Source of the DNA: Hormiphora californensis
Lineage: Eukaryota; Animalia; Ctenophora
Direction: 5' to 3'
Length of the DNA stretch: 64,000 nucleotides
Assembly: GCA_020137815.1 (NCBI GenBank)
Contig: CM035360.1
Span: 6,572,001-6,636,000 of the forward strand
The position numbers and the translations under genes were made by a program. Of the stretch, positions 38,206 through 51,800 are shown piece by piece; the stretch's first letter is position 1; every line of letters begins with the position of its first letter. The notes beneath the pieces are model-generated. The model had not been told where the DNA came from and did no database searches. It worked only from the letters and a program-made list of their open reading frames with translations.

Positions 38206-38276
38206 GCGTCGGTGGTTGAGTGGTACAATTCTCGCCTGCCACGCGGGAGGCCCGGGTTCGATTCCCGGCCGACGCA
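38206..38276 (+). tRNA. tRNA-Gly-GCC: tRNA-Gly(GCC), identical copy
   Basis: Same 71 nt followed by a CTTCTTTTTTT Pol III terminator. Confidence 0.97.
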
Positions 38277-38615
38277 CTTCTTTTTTTCAAAACGGGATTG
38301 TAAAACACAGATTTTGTAGCAGATAAAACAACTGTAAACTCTTAGACACACACAATACAGAGGTGTAAAACGGGGGAATAAATTACATACACACGAGTCA
38401 GAACCATTTTCTCTAAAACTGGGGCTTCATATATCGAACATTTGGACAATCTTGGAAAAATATTAAACTGAACCCATTCACTCTCTCCAATTTCAACCCT
38501 TTTTCCAAAAAGTATCATAAAGCCAGTCTCAACATCTCTCTTTTCTCATTTTCGGGTCGCATTCATTCAAGTCATAAATCGCCACTCTCTCACTCTCACA
38601 ATATCTCACAGTTTA

Positions 38616-41600
38616 TCATTCGGCGACAAACATGTCTCTTTTCCATTTATTGTCATTAATCCCTGACCTATCCATCGTTTGGGAGTCCATTCTCTCATTC
38701 CTGTTGCTCCGATTGTTAGTCCACAGACCTCCACCAATTCTGGATCGGGCTGAGTTAAATGAAGTGTTTCGATCACCATCCCTCCTTCCACCTCCACCTC
38801 CCCAGTTATTTGAATTGTCTCGAGTTGATGAGTTCCAGTTCCTGTTGTTGTTGTCGCGAGATGAAGCACCCCAGTTTGAGTTATCTCTCCCTCCCCAGGG
38901 TTTACTATCCCGTGCTGATCCCCAGTTGTCCTGTCTTCTTCTCCCACCGCCGCTACTTTTTATGGTATAGCTGTCGTTACTGGGTGCGTAGGCTCTGTCG
39001 TCGTGCTGAAATGGGGGTGTGGGTTTAGAGAATATAACGGAGGGAGTTGACAGCTTAGAGAATTTACAAACAAAATCAATGGTAAATGAAAGTTTGGAAC
39101 ATGACTTCCGGAAACATAAAAAACGCGAGATAAAGAAACTTACCCCGGATCCCTGATTAGAAGTTTGGAATGGATCCCACCCAACTCTCTCCCTCAGACT
39201 TCTCTCTTCTCGAGGGGGTGATCTGCGCCTGGGTCTCTTCTCATTTGGTGAGGGTCCCAGTCCTTCCTTGGTCCTGAAATGGGAAGATATTACACAAAGG
39301 TGTAAAACCGGGGGGGGGGGGGGGGGGGGCTCAACACTCATGACTCTAACTGTATAAAATTCCCAAATTTCTCTAGGTACCACCCTTGTCTAATTCAATT
39401 AACATTTAGGCGTTACATCTAACTGTTAAGATGATGTAGGTACCCCAAATTCAATCAAATTATGATCCAAATTCCAAATGTTAGTGAGTAAATACAATAT
39501 TATGTACAGTATATTAGGTCATGTGAACAATATTTTGACCATATATGGTCAAAGAATGGGTCACATGATCATCACGTGATTGCAGTGAACACTGAACAAC
39601 CAATCAGAGTTATCCCGTGCCTACACTCTGCAATCAATAGCCGATCAGAGGCCAGAACGGGTGCCTCACTAGGTCCAGAACCAATAACGGCAGAACAAAC
39701 GTATCACGTGAACCACATATTAACCATATATGGTCATAACATGGGTTAATGATCATCACATGACTGCAGTCAACAGCCCATCAGAGGCCAGAACGGGTGC
39801 CTCACTTGGTTCTGAATCACGTGACCAGTCATAATATACCAGTAACCTAAACAATAATTATTGATTATGTATTCATAATGCGGTGTTTCCCTGCCACAAA
39901 TGGGTGTAAAGTTGATGACTAAGCTTCAAAACTGGATTTCCGGGTGAATTTTGCACTGAAAGCAAATTTTTTGGCTGATACGATGTTAAAATTGATGTAA
40001 ATTTACGAATTTTTTACTGTAGATCATCTAAAAGGGTACCCAGTTAATTAGATTATCGACAGTTAGGCGCAAGCGCCTAACTGTCGGAGCCCTCCGGGGT
40101 ACCACTCCTCTAAGAGTCATGAGTGTCATACAGTTAGGTGTTGAGCCCCCCCCCCCCCCGGTAAAACAACAAACACAAGTACACGACTTGTTCTTAGAAT
40201 TAGCTCGTTTTGTAACATAACCTTGGTGGAGCACTGAACAAAGAACAGGTACCCTTACCAACCCTTCTTCACTATTACAAATTTACACAATATACCCTAA
40301 CCCTAAACATACATGATATACATAATGCAACACGTCACACACAATGCAAACACGTCACACAACTTTACACATAACCTAACCCTACGCACACATGATTCAC
40401 CAACCCCCCCCCCCCCCGATTCACCCAGTAGAACTTACTCTTTCTCAACTGAATCACGTCGTTTCCTGCTTCTGTCTGAATCTTCCTTGTTACCCACAAA
40501 CGAGGCAATACTGTTCCTGTTGGAGAGGATGGATTTTTGAAAAAAACAATGGACACAGCAATTACAATCAATAGGAGCTAAACGATAAAATAATTATTTC
40601 GGAGAAAGCAGGATATATATCAACTCACCATTTAGGATAGGATATGAGAGTTGTTTCGGTAATATTTTGTTTTCCATTCTCCAGATCCAACGTCACAGTC
40701 ACATCATCTTTATCAATTATAGGGAACAGTGTCTTCTTATTCTCACTCTCAGACTCCTTCGCTCATTTTTTCCTCTTTCCCTGTTCGTTCAGGTTCGTTT
40801 TATCTGGAGATGAGCCTTGCTTTCGTCGTGAGGAGGGAGAAGTTTTAGTCCGCCTTTCTGGTGATCGTTTTCTGCCGTCAGATTTCCTCCCAGATGTTCT
40901 CCTCCTCCTATCAGGTGATCTTTTTTCTTGTGATCTTTTCCTTTCTTGGGACCTCTTTCTCTCAAGGGATTTCTTTTTCTCAGGTGACCGCTTTCTCTCA
41001 GGTGATTTCTTTTTCTCAGCAGGGGGCGATCGTTTGCTGTTGGATGGTGACTTTTTCCTCTCCTGTGATCCCTTCCTCTTTTCTTCAGGTGACTTCCTCC
41101 GCTCCGTAGATCTGTTTCGAGGCTTCTTATCAGCCATTATCAGCTTTCTTATCAGATTGTTTCCTTCGTTCGTCACGTGGTTTTGTATCTTCTAATTTCC
41201 TCCTCTCTCTACCCTTATCAGACTGTTTCTCAGACTGTTTCTCAGACGGCTTCTCCTGCGCTTTCTTAGGGGGAGCTTTTTTAGGACTTGGAGAGGATGA
41301 GGAATCACTGGAGTCAGAGGATGAAGCAGAGGAAGATTCCTTCCGTTTCTTTTCAGGGGCCCGCTTCTTCGCAGGTGATTCCTTCTCAGCAACTGGTTTT
41401 GCTGGGGATCTACTCTTTTTTCTTGGGGGTGAAGGGTCGGGTTTCCTCTTTTTCTCCCTCTTTGGCGATACCTTTTGCTGATCTTTAGAAGAGGAGGACG
41501 ATTTCTATCAGAATCCTTTCTCGTTTTCTTCTCGGAAGGGCGACTGCGTCGTTCAGGACTCTTTTTCTTGTGCCGAGGGGACGGTGAACGCCGCTTTTTT

Positions 41601-41728
41601 GGTGGTGATGGAATGTTTTTCTTCGATCGAGTTGGTTTTCTTTCCTGGGACGAATCTGAACTTGAAGAGGAACCACTGCTTGATCCTGAGCTCTCAGAGC
41701 TGGAACTAGGACTCCTCTTTCTAGCCAT
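38616..41728 (-). CDS. Arg/Ser/Lys-rich (RS-like) low-complexity protein with Gly/Asn/Trp-rich C-terminus
   Basis: MARKRSPSSSS..., repeated RKSPE/KRSPE; exons ~41728-40629 (needs ~3 frame corrections), ~40534-40439, ~39273-39144, ~39005-38616. No folded domain recognised. Confidence 0.7.
39309..40160. mobile_element. Non-autonomous TIR element (852 bp) with poly-G/poly-C termini
   Basis: C(G)nCTCAACACTCATGACTCT ... AGAGTCATGAGTGT..TGTTGAG(C)nG, with GTAAAAC duplicated at 39302-39308 and 40161-40167. Confidence 0.75.
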
Positions 41729-42167
41729 GTCACTGAACAGGGTATCAGTTAGCCGTTAAGTAATATTGGTATAACAAATGCATAATTTACAATCTATCGG
41801 CGATTAGTTAAATCACATTATAAATCTTTAAAATAAGCTTAGAATTTAAATATTAAGCTTTAAAGGCCATCAAAGTACCTAAAACTGACTCCCTGGACTA
41901 GGTTATTTTCCGTTTTAGGCTTTTACTGGGCGTTTAGGGAAAGAGGGCATTAATTTTGCAATGAAAAACAACAGTTTTCCTGATCTAATTACCAGAAAAG
42001 CGACGAAACTAGGCCAAAAAGCACGATTTTCACTTTGAAAATCGAGCGCGAATTTTTTAAACTTGACTTGAAATTTTCAAAACTCTGCGCGTCGTATTGC
42101 AACGTAAAAATAATATTATTCGCGCGTTACACGTACGTACGTCGTACTTAAATTAGCCAAAAACCTT

Positions 42168-42271
42168 AAAAGCTTTTTAAGAAAATTTTCAATACAAAAT
42201 TTTTCTCACAAACTTAAGGCCTTAAGTTTGTGAGAAAAATTTTGTATTGAAAATTTTCTTAAAAAGCTTTT
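42168..42271. repeat. Perfect 104-bp palindrome without spacer
   Basis: 52-bp arms centred on TAAGG|CCTTA (42219/42220). Confidence 0.95.
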
Positions 42272-42843
42272 TCGTTTGTTAAAAATCGCCGCACAGTGCC
42301 CATGGGTCTGTAGCATATGCCAACTTCTCGGGTTCCTCTCCTACACAGGTCATGCCATTCAAAAAAATTAGGGTGTGGCCCGTGGGCGATGTGCGGTAAG
42401 TTTTAATTCTGTCACGGCTCACGCCAACCTTCGAGGAAGCGATGAAATCTTACTCCTTCTAACAGCAGATTGTAGAATTTGGTCTGAGCCATTAAAATGA
42501 CAGTAAGGAGTTAGCCTTAAAGTATGTATTTGTTATCAGAGAACCGTGCTAGGAGCAGGCAGTCTACTGCAGTCCCTTTCAAATTAAGGAAAACGAGTTG
42601 TCTGTATACAAACTGTGTCAGTGCGGGATATAAACTGTTACTATTATTATTATTATTATTATTATTTATCAAGAAAAGGGGCAGGGTGAAGCTAAAAATC
42701 TTTGCCAATCGGTAACCAATAGTCAGTTACTACGAACGGCTGTTCCAGCAAATTTAGAAGAGGATTTTGACTTGAGTAGTTAGAAAATTAATCATTTATC
42801 CGTACTTTCTAACCACCCATCTGTTGTAGAGTAGGGTTGAGCC

Positions 42844-45800
42844 ATGTCTTCCTCTTCGTACCACATCACCAACTTACTGGAGAAGGTAAGTAGAATAGTT
42901 GGACAAATGTCTTATCAATTTCCTACTTTCCAAAAGTTTGCAGTTATTTTCAATACCTCTAAATCCCTTCCAGATGAACGAGGCTGACAAGGATTACCGG
43001 TACATGGCCCTAACTGATCTCATGACTGAGCTGCAAAAGGAAAGTCTCAGTCTTGATCCTGACAGCGAAGAAAAGGTGCAATTGACACACGGATACTGAT
43101 TTGTTAGGCTTTAACCCTCCGTTGCAATATCTATATTTGAGAGAGGATCGATAAACTCATACTGATTTGTTTATAGCTTACATTTGTTGGAGTGCTCACC
43201 ATCCCCTCCTTCTCAGATCTGTCAGCGTCTGTTAAAACTACTGGGAGATAAGAATAGTGAGGTGCAGAACCTGGCAGTGAAGTGTCTGGGTCCCCTTGTG
43301 GGGAAAGTGAAGGGTAACAAGGTTGAGAATATTGTTGATGTCCTTGGAGGAAATATGCTATCTGAAAATGAGAAACTCAGGAGCATCTCTACCATGGGTG
43401 ATTAATTGTAACTTTTCCCCTGTCACGTTTTATCTGACCTATCGATTCAGTCAATTGTGTATCATTTTGATAACCTTTCAGGCCTAATGATGGTGATAAG
43501 TGAACTACACCAGTCCTCTCTGGCTGCCCCTGTTAGCAGGAGAATATGCAACAAACTAACCACCGCTCTAGCATACCCAAAACTCGAGGTACATTTCTTG
43601 TATAGAAGTCGTAAAACTTTGAATAATCTTCATATTCAATTGTTAGATTCCAACGGGGCACAAAACTATATTGGTACCTCCTAACACCCCCCCCCCCCCC
43701 CCCCCGTAGAAATAGTAAAGGTGAAGGCCCTTGCAAACATAGAAGGTAATGGGAGGGCAGATCAAATAGCAAAACAAGCGACTGCAAACAGAAAAACACC
43801 CAGATGCACTGGGATAAACAAAGAGCCAAATACGGCACAAGAAAGCTGAAACAACAACACAAGACGGAATAATCGCTGAACTAAAGACAAAAAAGTACTC
43901 TGAGTTCACTACAACGATTATCGGGAAGATTATTAAAGAAAACACAAAACTAACAATCAAAACAGGAAACAATGAGAGGTCTGACACTAGCCATATCGGG
44001 CCAGAACAACCTGGCCTGGGAAGTGCCCTCTCCACAGCAGACCCTTCCATAAAACCCAACTGTGAGTTATGCGGGGCAAGAGAAAACTCACAACACAAAC
44101 TACTAAAACTGTCCTGACCTTGACCACCTCAGACCACACAAGAGTACCAAAACATCAAGAAAACATATATATATACAATGAAGTCGAGCACCAGAACTAA
44201 GGAAACTCACCAATGTAGTCACCAAATCCGGTCTATTCAAATAAAATATAACGCTACCACCAAAACGACTCTATACCAATGGTAGTTTAAAAGTGCATAC
44301 TGGCAAAGTCCTGATCTCATCAGGTAGAGTCTGTTGAAACCATCACGCAAAGCAATCCGCAACTAGCAAAGCGCAATACAAACCAAGTCACTAGCCTTTG
44401 GACTGGCCCCCCACAGCTAGATTGGCAAAACAGAAAGAACAGCGCCACCTGGGTCGACTCGATCATAGCTGCTATGACGACTCGATGGACCGAACCCTAC
44501 TACTGTACCCCGATCAGAGGTACACGCCTCAAACAGGCAGGTGGTAGTGCACAAATGGTGCCTCATCGTGGTGAAGATGAACGCGCACTATCGTTCGGCG
44601 ATTTAACCTATTCTGGGGAAACCCAGTACCGTAAGACTGGTACAGTAGTACTAGTGTGCGCCCGCTGTTGGTGGTGACCTTCATGCTCTTTATCGAAACA
44701 GTTCTCGTCTGTCGACTCGTGTCTTCCAATGGAAGGGCACTACTAGGGGGGCGCCGGGGAAACCCGGTGCTACCTTAGTGGGGCCGGACCTGGGGATCGA
44801 GCACGGCGCTCTGGGCAGCCATGTGTGTTGGTGACCTGAGGAGAGAACTGTGAAATCTAGGGAACGCTGCTCCCCAACGACAGCAAGTGGGTGGAAGTAC
44901 GGGAGGTACACGACACACACACCCCCCCCCCCTGTTTTACCAGGTCCAGATCTAGTTACATATATTCCATTTTACCACCCTGCTACCTCCTCACACAGGT
45001 ACAGATCCAGTTGGAGTGTCTGGACATTATGAGTGAGGTGCTGCACAAGTTTGGATCTCTTGTAGCTACCCAACATCCCCGTGTCCAGGAGTCTCTCCTT
45101 CCCCTTCTGTCTAATAGCAAGGCTGCCGTCAGGAAGAGGACTAGTGTTGCAATCGGTATATAGGGGGAACACTTGGTTACGAAATAACCCCTTCACACGC
45201 TGGCAAGGGAGGGGTAACTTCGTTACCAAGGGAACACTAACTCATGATACAATCATGTGCCTGCACCAGCTCTGAGATTTGCCTCACAGTGAAATATATT
45301 GCCAATTATACCTCCCAATAAAGCTACACTGTTTAATATTACCCCCCCACTCTCTCCCCTCCTCTTCCCTCCCTCTCCCCCCCCCCCCTTTCCTCCCTTC
45401 TCTCTCCTACCCCCTCCTCTCTCCCTCCCACCTGGGTATAAATTGGTACAGAACATGGTCCCCCTCCCCACTCTCTCCCCTCTTTTCTCCCCTCCTCTCT
45501 CCCCTCCCCTACCCCCTCTTTCTCCTCTTCTGACCCATCCCCTCTCTCTCCCAGGGTATTTGGTACAAAACGTGGTCCCCCTCCCCCACTCTCTCCCCTC
45601 CTCTCTCCCCTCCCCTGTCTCCTCCCCTGTCTCCTCCCCTGGCCCCTCTCTCTCCCCTCCTCTCTCCCCTCCCTCCTCCCCCTCCCCTCTCTCTCTCCTC
45701 TTCTGACCCCTCCCTCTCTCCCAGGGTATTTGGTACAGAACGTGGTCCCCCTCCCCACTCTCTCCCCTCCTCTCCTCCTCCTCCCCTCCCTCCCCTCCTC

Positions 45801-48800
45801 TCTCCCCTCCTCTCTCCCCTCCCCTCTCCCCTCCTCTCTCCCCTCCTCTCTCCCCTCCTCTCTCCCCTCCTCTCTCCCCTCCTCTCTCCCCTCCTCTCTC
45901 CCCTCCTCTCCCCTCCTCTCTCCCCTCCCCTCTTCCCCTCCCCCTACCCCCTCTCTCTTCCTTTCTGACCCCTCCCCTCCTCCCCTCCTCTCTCCCCTCC
46001 CCTCCCCTCCCTCTCTCCCTCCCTCCCCCTCCTCTCTCCCCTCCTCTCTCCCCTCCTCTTCCTCCCTCCTTCTCTCCCTCCTCTCTCCCTCCTCTCTCCC
46101 CTCCTCTCTCCCCTCTCCTCTCTCCCTCCTCTCTCCCCTCCTCTCTCCCCTCCTCTCTCCCCTCCTCTCTCCTCCCTCCTCTCCCCTCCTCTCTCCCCTC
46201 CTCTCTCCCCTCCTCTCTCCCCTCCTCTCTCCCCTCCTCTCTCCCCTCCTCTCTCCCCTCCTCTCTCCCCTCCTCTCTCCCCAGATTTTGTTGCTGACAA
46301 GCGGAGCTGCACCCATTCTCATGTTACCTCCGTGCAGCAAAAACCTCCGTTAAAACTGCAGATAGTCGCGTGGTCCAGCAAGCGTACCCCAGAGCAGATC
46401 CCCTTTTCGGAACCGCAGCTTAGAAGAGTCCATCAGGGATACCCTCACCTTATGAGGGGATCACGCAACTGCCACCAACCTGCTCCCATCAACTCCGGGT
46501 GCCCCTCCCCAGCAAACCAATCCCATAATGCACCTCCCCATCGGGAGGACTCCATGGCGCCCCTCCTCCGCAATTCAACCCCATGGCGCCCCTACCCAGC
46601 AGGTCAAACCCACCAAGCCCCCTCCCCAGCCAGTAAACCCCACAGCTGCATCTCCCGATTGGGACGACTCCATGGCGCCCCCTACCCAACAATTAAACCC
46701 ATGGCGCCCCCTCCCAAACAACTCAACCCCCATGGCACCCCTACCCAGCAGTTCAAACCCACCATGCCCCCTCTCAACAGTTAACAACATAGCGCCCCCC
46801 CTCAGCAGTTCAACACCATGGCGCCCCTACGCCAGCAGTTCATCCCCACGGTACCTCCTCCTCAACAGTTCACCCACGGTACCCCCCTCCTCAACTGGAC
46901 CTATCACACGGTGCCCTTCAGCAGACCTGCCCAACGGCACCCACAGCGGTACAATACCACATTTCCCCTCCTCAACTGAACTGCCCCTTGCACCACCTCC
47001 CAGAGTATACCACGGTGCCTTACCCCCCACAGTTCATACCACAGTGCCCCCGCCCCATCAATACAGCCCTATGATACCTCCTCCCCAGCAGTACTGCAAC
47101 CCCAAACAGTACGACGCCATGGTACCTCCTCCTCAACTGTACAGCACCATGGTACCCTCCCAACCTGCTTGTTACCCACTTCCGACTTCGGTCCAGCCAG
47201 GGGAAATGACAAACATATCATCAGGTCCTAGCAATTCCGAGGACGTCCTCCCTTCTTCCAAACACCATCAATGTTCGGTCTAAACCCCAACCAACCCTAT
47301 TCATCTTACTATTGTTAAATGCTGGGACTGGAGGCTTGAACACGGCTGCAGGCAAGCAAAAATGAATGGAAGATGGAAGCGCTTCGTATTGATGGTAGAG
47401 GACGAGGCGGCATCCAATCACTCCATTCCCTTCATTCTTGTCTCCGAATCGTGGTTCAAGTCCTACAACAGAGGGTCCTCTGTCGCTATTCCGGGATACT
47501 CTCTTACAGGGCAGGACCGTGACAGAAGGATCGGTGGCGGCGTTGCCCTCTTGCCCATGAAAACCTCCCGGCTACATCCACCTTACAGTTTGACAATTCT
47601 GTTTGTCAGGGAGTAATTTGCTATTTCCAAACTATCAAATGGTGTGTGGCTGTCTTCTACAGGCCTCCTAGTGCTACTCTGCAGGAGTACCGAACTAATA
47701 GATTTTGCTCGGAGCTCCTTAGCTGACCTCCAGATGATTCGACCATCGTTTTTGGAGGTGACCTTAATTTCCCTGAAATCGACTGGGATTCTCTCTCACT
47801 AAATTTCAACAATCGGGGAAATCAGGCGCTGCTAGTATTCTGTTTGAGCTCATGTCAGAGTTCTTCCTGACCCAGTGGATTGACGGCGACTAGAGGTAAC
47901 AACATTCTAGACCTACTCTTGACTAATCGCCCCACGCTAGCGACTAGAATATCAGCTACCGACACTCGGATGTCTGATCAACGGTTGGTTGATGTGCTCT
48001 CTCAGGGTCTCCGTCACTATCAGACAGGGAACACCAGTCTCCCCCCATCATTGATTCCGAGCTCTAGATTTTAATCGTGGTGACTTAGACAAACTCAAGA
48101 AACCAATCTCGACTTTGACGGGCTGGACTTCAATCGTCCACGTCACCTGAATCCTTCCCGAACCTTCACCAGAGCACTCCTTCAGATCTGCCAAGATCAC
48201 CTTCCTCGCAGACGTCTACATTGGCAGACCTAAAGTGCTCAATGGTATTCGCCGGAGAAAACGACGCGTCAAAGCAAAGATAGCTGCTCTCATGTCCGTC
48301 CCTACTTCCAACCCAGCTGCTCTCGTTCAGCCCAGAGAAAAAACTCGTTGCCCTAGAGGAGGAAATGGCCCGGCCAATCGTGAACAAAAATTGAGTCTCG
48401 TGAACAGAAGGTGATCGGAAACTTAAAATCAAATCCCAAAGTTTTCTTTAATTACGCTAAATCACTTAACCGGCTCGATTCATCCATCAAGCTGCTCTTT
48501 GACCCTGATGGCTCTGCAGTCACTGACCCTGTAGCTATGGCAGACCTCCTCCAGTCTAAATTCTCTTCCTCCTTCAGTGATCCTAAAGCTGAAGGCCTTC
48601 AGTGGACTGCCCCGGAAATAGTACCTCAGTTCCCTTTCCCCGACATGTTACAGACTGACATTCATGCCGATATCATAACTGTCCTGAAAGACCTGAAACC
48701 CAGTTCGGATCTGGCCCCTGATGGTATACCTGCTCTAATACTAAAAAACTGCTGTGTTGAACTCGCTACCCCCCTATCAATAATTTGGAAAAACGTCACT

Positions 48801-51800
48801 TGAAATTAGAACAGTCCCTGTGTTCTACAAACGGGCAACTATAGTACTCTGCACAAGAAGGGTCCCACATCTGACCCTGGAAACTATCGGCCTATTTCCT
48901 TGACGTCACATGTTGTCAAATGCTTTGAAAGGGTCGTCAGGAAGCATTTTGTTGACTATGTGGAGAATAACAACCTGCTTTCCCCTAACCAGCACGGTTT
49001 CCGTAGTGGGAAGAGTTGTCTGACACAACTGCTGGACCATCTAGGTGACGTTATAGATGGTCTTATAGAAGGTGTAGCTACAGACACCATTTACCTGGAC
49101 TATCAAAAAGCTTTTGATTCCATTGACCATAACCTTCTACTGAAGAAACTCCATGCTTATGGATTCCCACCATTAATGTTGACTGGATATCATCATTCCT
49201 TTCTGGTCGAACGCAAACTGTTACTGTTCAAGGAGCTAGTTCAAGACCTATTACTATTCATCAGACGGTGTCCCCCAAGGGACCGTTCTGGCCCCTATTC
49301 TTTTCATCCTCTTTGTGAACGACCTGGATTTGGCGTATTCCATTCAAAGGTTGGTCGCTTTGCTGACGATACCCGACTTAGCAAGAGGATCAGTTGCCCG
49401 CAGGATGTCCTGGATCTTCAGGAGGACCTCGATGCTACTTTAACATGGTCCTCTTTCAACAACATGAAACTACACCCGAATAAATTCGATCTACTCATCT
49501 CAGAGCCCTTCAATGAAAATCGGTCACTCCTTCGTCATCTCCCTTTCATTGACAATTTTAGGAAGTACGTCCTCCCTGATGATGGCCTGTTTAGAGGAGA
49601 AGGAATTTGTCAAGGACCTGGGTTTCACTGTTCAATCGGCCTTTCTGGTTCTCAGCATATATCCAATCTGTAGCCAGGGCAAGAAGATGGCAAGCTGGGC
49701 TCTTAGTGTTTTCCGGGCCAGGGATAAGACAACTAGTTACCCTTTACAAAGCCCTCGTCAGAAGCCACTTAGAATATGTGTGTCCTCTCTGGGATCCTTA
49801 CACCCTTGCAGACATTAGGACTCTTGAAAGTGTTCAGCGCTCCTTCGTTGCCAAAATTGAGTCAGCTGGCACCGACTACCTTGGTATAATGTCTCTACAG
49901 AGACGCCGAGAGCGATACTCAATTATCCATTGCTGGAAGATTCTTCACGGCCTAGTCCTGGCTCCATAAAGTTCAATCCTACCTTCCAAGAGGCATCCGT
50001 GCGGTGTACCCCCTCCTCCTGATCGTAACATTCTACTAAACGCCTTCGTAGCTTTACGAAAACAGCTTCTCGGTGAAAGCCCCTAAGCTATTGAACACTC
50101 TACCTGCACGTGTTACATTAGCGTTCCTCTAACATCGTTCAAGACTGCACTCCAAGACACCTCGATACAATTCCTGATCGTCCACCTATCGATGGTTATA
50201 CTGCAGCAAACAATAATTCCTTACTTGATTGGTGGCGTACGGGTGGTTCTATGCAAAGGATGGCCTAGTGGATCTAGAGGATCTACTAAAACTCTCAAAG
50301 TAACCAAAGTAAGTAATCCTCTCTCCCCTCCTCTCTCCCCTCCTCTCTCCCCTCCTCTCTCCCTCTCTCTCCCCTCCTCTCTCCCCTCTCTCTCCCCTCC
50401 CTCTTCTCCCCTCCTCCTCTCTCCCCTCTCTCTCCCCCCTCTCTCCCTCCTCTCTCCCCTCCTCTCTCCCCTCCTCTCTCCCCCTCCTCTCTCCCCTCCT
50501 CTCTCCCCTCCTCTCTCCCTCCTCTCTCCCTCCTCTCTCCTCCTCCTCTCTCCCTCCTCTCTCCCTCTCCTTTCTCCCTCCCACTCTCCCCTCTCTCCCC
50601 CTCCTCTCTCCCCTCCTCTCTCCCCTCCCCTACCCCCTACCTCCTCTTCTGACCCATCCCCCTCTCTCCTCTTCTGACCCATTCCTCTCTCACAGGGTAT
50701 TTGGTACAAAACGTGGTGGCGTCACAGTTCGAAGAGTTGATTAAACACGTCATGGAGCACCTTTCTAATCCCAGCAAATACATTCAGAGTTACATCACCT
50801 GTATCAACGTTATCTGGTGAGTACAGGACGTTGTTATAAGGTATTTGTAGTTGACTTCTTATTTTCAGCGGGCGACACTTTTCAGTTCATTCTGTTTCCA
50901 GTTCTCGATCAACTTCAGTCACAACCAAAACTCATGTACATATTTCTTTTCAGTCACCACTAAGCTTCATGTACCTTTCAGTCGTCATGCAGGCCACAGA
51001 TTCGGTGAGAAGTTGAAGCTGATAGTCCCCAAGGTGGCAGTGTTTGCTACTAATGCTGGGGAGGATGATGATTTGAGGGAGTGTTCTATACAGGTCCTGG
51101 AGAGTTGTGTTTTGTGGTGCCCTGGGGAAATAACCGAGTTTACACCGCAGGTAACAAGAATATTATAATCCTAGCTATCCATTAGCTTAGGTAACAAGTA
51201 ATTTGTATGATTGTAGCGAGTATTAGTTTAGTCTTGAGTCTTGACTATTATTTACAAAAACTCTATAAAATATCTTCGTGTCAGTTCTAGTTAGTCAAAT
51301 AAAATTAATTCCAGTTCCTATTCACACTGCTGCAGTACTGTAATGTTTTCCTTTCTCCCTAGATAGTGGACATGTGCCTGGTATACCTTGGTTACGACCC
51401 CAACTACAACTATGATGAGGGAGGCGAGGAGGAGGAGGAGGATTAGATGAAGATGAAGACGAGGACGATTATACAGGTACATGATACTTTTCTTGAATTA
51501 GTCGTGGAAGTAGTTTTGCCAAATTCTTGCAATCTCTCTTGGCTGTATGTGCAGGTATGGTTATTTACAAATACTTGACTACTTCCCCACCATCAGATGA
51601 TGAGGATATGAGTTGGAAAGTTAGGAGGGCCTCAGCTAAATGTCTGGCAGGCTATCATCCAGGCGCGACCTGACCTGCTATCCGATCTCTACGAGAAGGT
51701 GTCACCTATCCTGATATCTCGATTCAAGGAGCGAGAACAGAGTGTGAGACTGGATGTGTTTGCGACTTATTCCTGTCTCCTGAAACAGACTGGAACTGCC

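Noticed and set aside
45339-46353. Glu/Gly/Arg or Leu/Ser/Pro ORFs here, at 50192-50709 and over the (AG)n runs
   Set aside because: Simple-repeat translations.
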